DNA of 64,000 bases from Octopus vulgaris (Eukaryota). A program made the translations under genes and the position numbers. The notes under the pieces are model-generated. The model saw only the letters and a program-made list of their open reading frames with translations. It was not told the DNA's origin and did no database searches. Shown here piece by piece: positions 58,210 to 64,000 of the stretch (position 1 is the first letter of the stretch; every line of letters begins with the position of its first letter). Location: contig OX597821.1 of the NCBI GenBank assembly GCA_951406725.2, forward strand, positions 11,470,001-11,534,000. Direction: 5' to 3'.

Positions 58210-58708
58210 ACTCTTTTACTCTTTTACTTGTTTCAGTCATTTTGACTGTGTCCATGCTGGAGCACCGCCTTTAGTCGAGCAACTACCCACAATCTCAGAA
58301 TTATGATTCGATTTCATTACTAATCACATGTTCACCATGATTTTATTCACACAATGCTTGCTTAGTTTCGGTCTGTGTTGCAATTTTAATAAGATGAGCG
58401 AGGTTTAATAAAATAATATATAAATAATGAATTCGAGAATTTCCTTCTTGCCCTTTTAACCTATTCATAAAATTGAGATTTGCACAAAGTTTGCCGAATC
58501 GATAGACTATCGAACAACCAAGTGAAGGCCATTTGTTGAGACTGTCATTGTACTACGTCCATTGGGGCAGTATTTAAGACCCCAGGACTTATTCTTTGTA
58601 AGCCTAGTACTTAATCTATCGGTCTGTTTATATACATATATGCACATATAAGTAATATATAAGCGATATATACTTATACATGTGTGTAAATATATATTTA
58701 CATATACA

Positions 58709-58768
<60 letters not shown>

Positions 58769-59346
58769 CGCAGGAGTGGCTGTGTGGTAAGTAGCTTGCC
58801 TACCAACCACATGGTTCTGGGTTCAGTCCCACTGCGTGGCATCTTGGGCAAGTGTCTTCTGCTATAGCCTCGGGCCGACCAAAGCCTTGTGAGTGGATTT
58901 GGTAGATGGAAACTGAAAGAAGCCTGTCGTATATATGTATATATATATAAGTGTATGTGTTTGTGTGTCTGTGTTTGTTCCCCTAGCATTGCTTGACAAC
59001 CGATGCTGGTGTGTTTACGTCCCCGTCACTTAGCGGTTCGGCAAAAGAGACCGATAGAATAAGTACTGGGCTTACAAAGAATAAGTCCCGGGGTCGATTT
59101 GCTCGACTAAAGGCGGTGCTCCAGCATGGCCGCAGTCATATGACTGAAACAAGTAAAAAGAGAAAAAGAGAAAAGAGATACATATATACGACGGGCTTCT
59201 TTTAGTTTCCGTCTACCAAATCCACTCACAAGGCTTTGGTCGGCCTGAAGCTATTGTAGAAGACACTTGCCCATGGTGCCACGCAGTGGGACTAAACCCG
59301 TAACCATGTGGTTGGTAAGCAAGCTATTTACCACACTCCTGCGCCC
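58210..59346. mobile_element. Complex SINE family A cluster: minus 3' fragment (interrupted), full plus copy 58765-59175, minus 5' half 59180-59346
   Basis: Homology to 1508-1910. Confidence 0.85.
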
Positions 59347-60092
59347 ATAGTTTGTGTCGACTGCCGTAAATCCAGAAGTTAGGAGTTGGCAAGTTATGAT
59401 GACAACAGAAGTTAAAAATTTCATTTTTGGTATTTTGCCTCTGGCTTTTGTACAAAAATGTTATCATACTCTCTTTCTACTTGTATTATGCAATGGCTTC
59501 CGTGCCTTCTCAGAAATGAACTAACATGTTTTTTTTATATTTTATGTACGAGAACGGCAGCAAATATAATCCAAATGTGGTTATGAATTTTTTATTAAGC
59601 AACGTAGATCATTCAAGTAGCAGCAGATGGTGGAGTTGCGGTTTCTCTATGATAAGAGAATGAAACTGAGAAGACATACATGGTTATTATAAACCCTACA
59701 TCATTCGCTATTCAATGAAATATGTTTTATAAATATCCAGCATATGTGTGTGTGTATGTGTGTGTGCGCACGTGTATCTTGTGTAGCTTTTACTTGCTTC
59801 AGTCATTAGACTGCAGTCATGCAAGGACTTAATCGAAGGAATCGACCCCAGAGCTTATTTTTAAAATCTTGTGACTCATTTTGTCGGTCGCTTTTGCTGA
59901 GTCAGGTAAATGCATTAATACCAGTTCTCAGGTGTTGTTGTTGGTGGTGGTGGTGGTGGTGGTGGTGGGGGTAGTGGTGCGACAAATATATATATATATA
60001 TATATATATAAAGTCCCGGGTTGATTCGGGGTTAACCACAGTAAGTAAGGTACTCAATACATAGCAGAGTAAAATTAATTTATTATATAGAA

Positions 60093-60134
60093 GGAGCTTC
60101 TACAGGACTAGTACTGTTTCATTCAAGAGAAATC

Positions 60135-60138
<4 letters not shown>
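60093..60138 (-). ncRNA. Hammerhead relic truncated at the core by (TA)n
   Basis: Minus: (ta)GAAGA-t-ttc-tctt-gaa-t-GAAAC-agtacta-GTC-ctgtag; the 5' strand of stem I is missing. Confidence 0.4.
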
Positions 60139-60183
<45 letters not shown>

Positions 60184-60266
60184 TATTCCAAACAAGAAAA
60201 CAAAAGACAACAACGCGAGGATGTGGAACAAATAAAGTATTATTGGGCGCTCAGGAAAGAAGGGAA

Positions 60267-60301
60267 GTATGACGTTTCGAGCGGAGCTCTTCGTCAGAAA
60301 C
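60267..60301 (-). ncRNA. Minimal type-I hammerhead ribozyme, intact core
   Basis: Minus: gttt-CTGACGA-a-GAGC-tcc-GCTC-GAAAC-GTC-atac; the host element (about 60180-60375) has relatives at 3105-3240 and 7143-7200. Confidence 0.7.
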
Positions 60302-60651
60302 ATAAGAGAAAGAAAGATCCCGAGGTGGGAGGACGAGGGAAAAAAATTGCAAGTGGTCTTCACGAGGTCACATACTGAAAAGACGGAAGTGGTAAAAAAA
60401 GGAGGAACATGTTTTCAAAAACAGGAGAGCTGAATCAAAGAAGGAATGGTAAACAAAGGTGTGCGAGATGACAAGGGTGTGTAAATTAGGGTATCTATGA
60501 GATACCACCATGCTGAAAATAGCAGCCATGATCTGACTCTAAAACGACCTTAATTGTCCATAGGGGTTCAAATTATTTTCAAATACTTTTCGAGTATTTT
60601 CAAACCGGTCACCAGGTCTGAAAATTTGCAGAAAAGTGGAACCTTGTAAAG

Positions 60652-60945
60652 CAGTGGGTCTCAACCATTTATTTTTCTCTCTGGACCCCCTTGATTTCTA
60701 TTTTATTCTGGTGGACCCTGATAGCCATTCGATGTTTAAAAATTAGTTTTATTGATAATTCTTACAAAATTTCTATTTTCTTATTCGCACATTAACTAGC
60801 GTCGACTGAACTATGCAAAACATTAGAGAAAGAAACCTAATAGATTCTTGGAATACATACAGTCATATCAAAACATTACATGGACACTTAAAACACAACT
60901 GTGGATTCCCAATTTACCATTTTGCTAGCGTGAACACCCAAAATG
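60652..60945. mobile_element. Possible hAT-type MITE remnant
   Basis: Starts CAGTGGGTCTCAACC followed by GGACCCC subterminal motifs; the right TIR was not recognised. Confidence 0.35.
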
Positions 60946-61597
60946 TCTGATTATAAGACGGCTAACGGGTTAAGTGTGTCAAACACATCAGGTCACAGCG
61001 GACCCAAATAGTCAGAAGCATCCGCTCAAATTTTCTTACATTTGGTCAATAATTTTGACAATCTCTGGATTGGTGCGATTTTTTTTATCGACCCGGAGAA
61101 AATAAAAAGCAGAACTAACGTCTACAGGATTTGAACGCAGATAGTCTGAACTAGAACCGGGAGGTATGTTACCCGCTCATCTAAATATTCAGCCAAATCA
61201 CCGTGTGTACATTGGGTACTTTCTTTCAATGTCACATTGACAAACAGTTCAAATGCACATTGCTTCTTTCTTCTTAACTTCAGCATTTTGTAAAAGGAAT
61301 CGATAAGCCCTTCATCCAACTTCAACACACCTAGCTTAAGTTCAATTATTTTTACTTATATTTTTACTTTATCGTCTTCTTCGAGATGAAAGGTCCAAAT
61401 TCTCCATCAGAGGATTCGAGCCCGGAATCCTAAGATCATAAGGTTCAGTGCATTGCTCTGCTGCTGAGTCAACGTCCATTGCCATACCACAAATTTCGTT
61501 AGATCTGCAAAGCACGCTGTTTATTCCGCTGTTTAAGCCCTTGGCACCTTTCTGTCCATCTGTCCATTTCTCTTTCTCTCTCTCTCTCTCTCTGCAT

Positions 61598-61667
<70 letters not shown>

Positions 61668-62330
61668 GTCTGTCTGTCTGTCTGTCTATGTGTTTTCCTC
61701 TGTGGGAATTATTAAATGCTTCGGCTCTTGTTTTATACACAGACACATGCGGGTGCGCAATCACAGTCACACACACGCACATACTCACTCACAAACACGG
61801 ACACACACTCAGGCACACATACACACACATACACACACATTATATACAATGTGTGTGTGTTCGGGAGCCGTCTACTTATGCATCTCAGTCTATTATTCAC
61901 CTTCTTTCATCTCAATTAAGTAGGGTCTCACTCAAATCTGTTACAGTGTAGGTTAAGAAATTACGTCCCACTGATATTATCAAAGCAATTAGTAAGTAAC
62001 AACTCCCTTCAGGCGCGTTTTAAAATCTAAAAAAAAAAAAACGCTGAAATTCTACTGTGTGCCTGTCAGTCGGCCTGTCTGTCGATGGGTCTATCCTGTC
62101 TAGACTACATTTGGATGCAGCAACCCCTGTTTTGCGGTCCTCTTTCTCAATGAAATATCACACTAATGACTGATAGGTGGATAGAGAAAGAGATAGAAAG
62201 AGGAGAATATAGAAGAAGGAAGGGACAGAGGAGGGAAGGAAGGAAGGAAGGAAGGAAGGAAGGAAGGAAGGAAGACATGAAGGAAGGAAGAGAGGAAAGA
62301 AGAGAGGAAGGAAGAAAGATAGAAAGAAAG

Positions 62331-62390
62331 AAGAAAGTAAACAAGAAAGAAATGGAGAAAGGTTAGTCGCAGAAAAGAACGAATGAATGA

Positions 62391-62449
<59 letters not shown>

Positions 62450-62571
62450 GAAGGAAGGAATGAAGAAGGAATGATAGAAAACGATAGAAACGTAGCGTGA
62501 AAGAAGAAAGTAAACAAGAAAGAAATGGAGAAAGGTTAGTCGCAGAAAAGGACGAATGAATGAAAGAAGGA

Positions 62572-62623
<52 letters not shown>

Positions 62624-62840
62624 GAGAAAGAAAGAAAGAAAGAAAGGAAGGAATGAAGAAGGAAAGATAGAAAACGATAGAAACGTAGCGTGAAAGAAGA
62701 AAGTAAACAAGAAAGAAATGGAGAAAGGTTAGTCGCAGAAAAGAACGAATGAATGAAAGAAGGAAAGAAAGGAAGAAAGAAAGAAAGGAAGGAAGGAAGA
62801 AGGAAAGAAAGAAAACGATAGAAAAGTAGCGCGAAAGAAG
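62331..62840. repeat. Three ~170-190-bp purine-rich tandem units containing (GAAA)n
   Basis: AAGTAAACAAGAAAGAAATGGAGAAAGGTTAGTCGCAGAAAAG occurs three times. Confidence 0.9.
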
Positions 62841-63585
62841 GAAGAAAGTATGAAAGCGGTGAACAAGAAATATTGAAAGAGAGGAATGTTAGAAGAAGGA
62901 AAAAGGAAAGGAAGAATAAATAAGAGAAAGGATAAGATACGAAGGGAGAAAGAGTGAAACTAGGGAAAGAAAGGAAACGAAAGGGAGGAAATAGATAAAT
63001 ATAGAAAGAAGGGAGGAAAAAAGGAAAGAAAAGGAGAGACAGACGGCAGAGAAGGAAGAAAGAGAATAAGTAGGAAAAGAAGAAAGACAGAAAGAATAGA
63101 AGGGAAAAAATTATTAAAAATAAATCTGAGATGGAAACGGGAGGAGGAAGTCAAGAGACCGCGCCTATATTTAATGATTGGTCAGCAACATAAGATCGAA
63201 AATGAGTGGTTTGGCCCGCGGGCCTACTTCAAACGATTCTCTATAGCATCTTTAAAAACTGGCTGTGATCCGCCAAAGCCGCCGTCAGCGGAATCTGTCT
63301 CCAGATCTGCTTTGTACTCACACACAGGAAGACATACACGAAGGCTTACATCCGAATAGTCTCACACACAGCTAGCGATAAACACACGCATGCATCTTCA
63401 AACATACATACATACACATACACACACGCACACACAGAGATACGCATGCAGACGGATGTGTAGTTTGATGCATGGTTTTACACACGCACGCAGTACGCTT
63501 TAAGTCTTCTGTTAAACACCAACCTCTGTCGTCCCTTTAACATTCTTAGTCACTGTCCATTAAATATTTGAAATAATAGCACATT

Positions 63586-63620
<35 letters not shown>

Positions 63621-63674
63621 TACACATACATATAGTATATCTGTATGTATGTACGCATTTATGTGTGTACGTCT

Positions 63675-63890
63675 GGCAGAAACGTTAGCATGCTGGGCGA
63701 AATGCGTAGCCGTATTTCGTCTGCCGTTACGTTCTGAGTTCAAATTCCGCCGAGGTCGACGTTACCTTTCATCCTTTCGGGGTCGATAAATTAAGTACCA
63801 GTTACGCACTGTGGTCGATGTAATCGACTTAATGCGTTTGTCTGTCTTTGTTTGTCCCGTCTATGTTTAGCCCCTTGTGGGTAGTAAAAA
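63675..63890 (+). mobile_element. SINE family B
   Basis: Homology to the 13615 copy. Confidence 0.9.
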
Positions 63891-63944
63891 AATAATATAT
63901 ATATATACACACACATATATATATATATATATATATGTATATCA

Positions 63945-63985
<41 letters not shown>

Positions 63986-64000
63986 CATATATATGCATAT

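Overview
AT-rich, microsatellite-dense eukaryotic non-coding DNA. The SINE families and (TA)n/(TATG)n/(TATC)n load look like an octopus (coleoid cephalopod) intron or intergenic region; this taxon call is inferred from repeat recognition only. No host protein-coding exon can be supported, and most listed ORFs are translations of microsatellites. The window holds about 30 tRNA-derived SINE copies from three families. It also holds fossil fragments of R4/Dong-like RLE LINEs, Tx1/L1-like, RTE-like and CR1-like LINEs, mariner, Tc1, a Chapaev3-like (CMC) transposase, non-autonomous Helitrons and MITE-like foldbacks. The most interesting signal is about a dozen type-I hammerhead ribozyme (HHR) motifs from about seven unrelated short non-coding families, probably Penelope-like or retrozyme-derived. 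Most abut (TA)n tracts and several are arranged as divergent head-to-head palindromes. One family fuses a tRNA-like Pol III head to a minimal hammerhead, and another carries a CCGANGA core variant. All structures were folded by eye and coordinates are approximate to a few bases.
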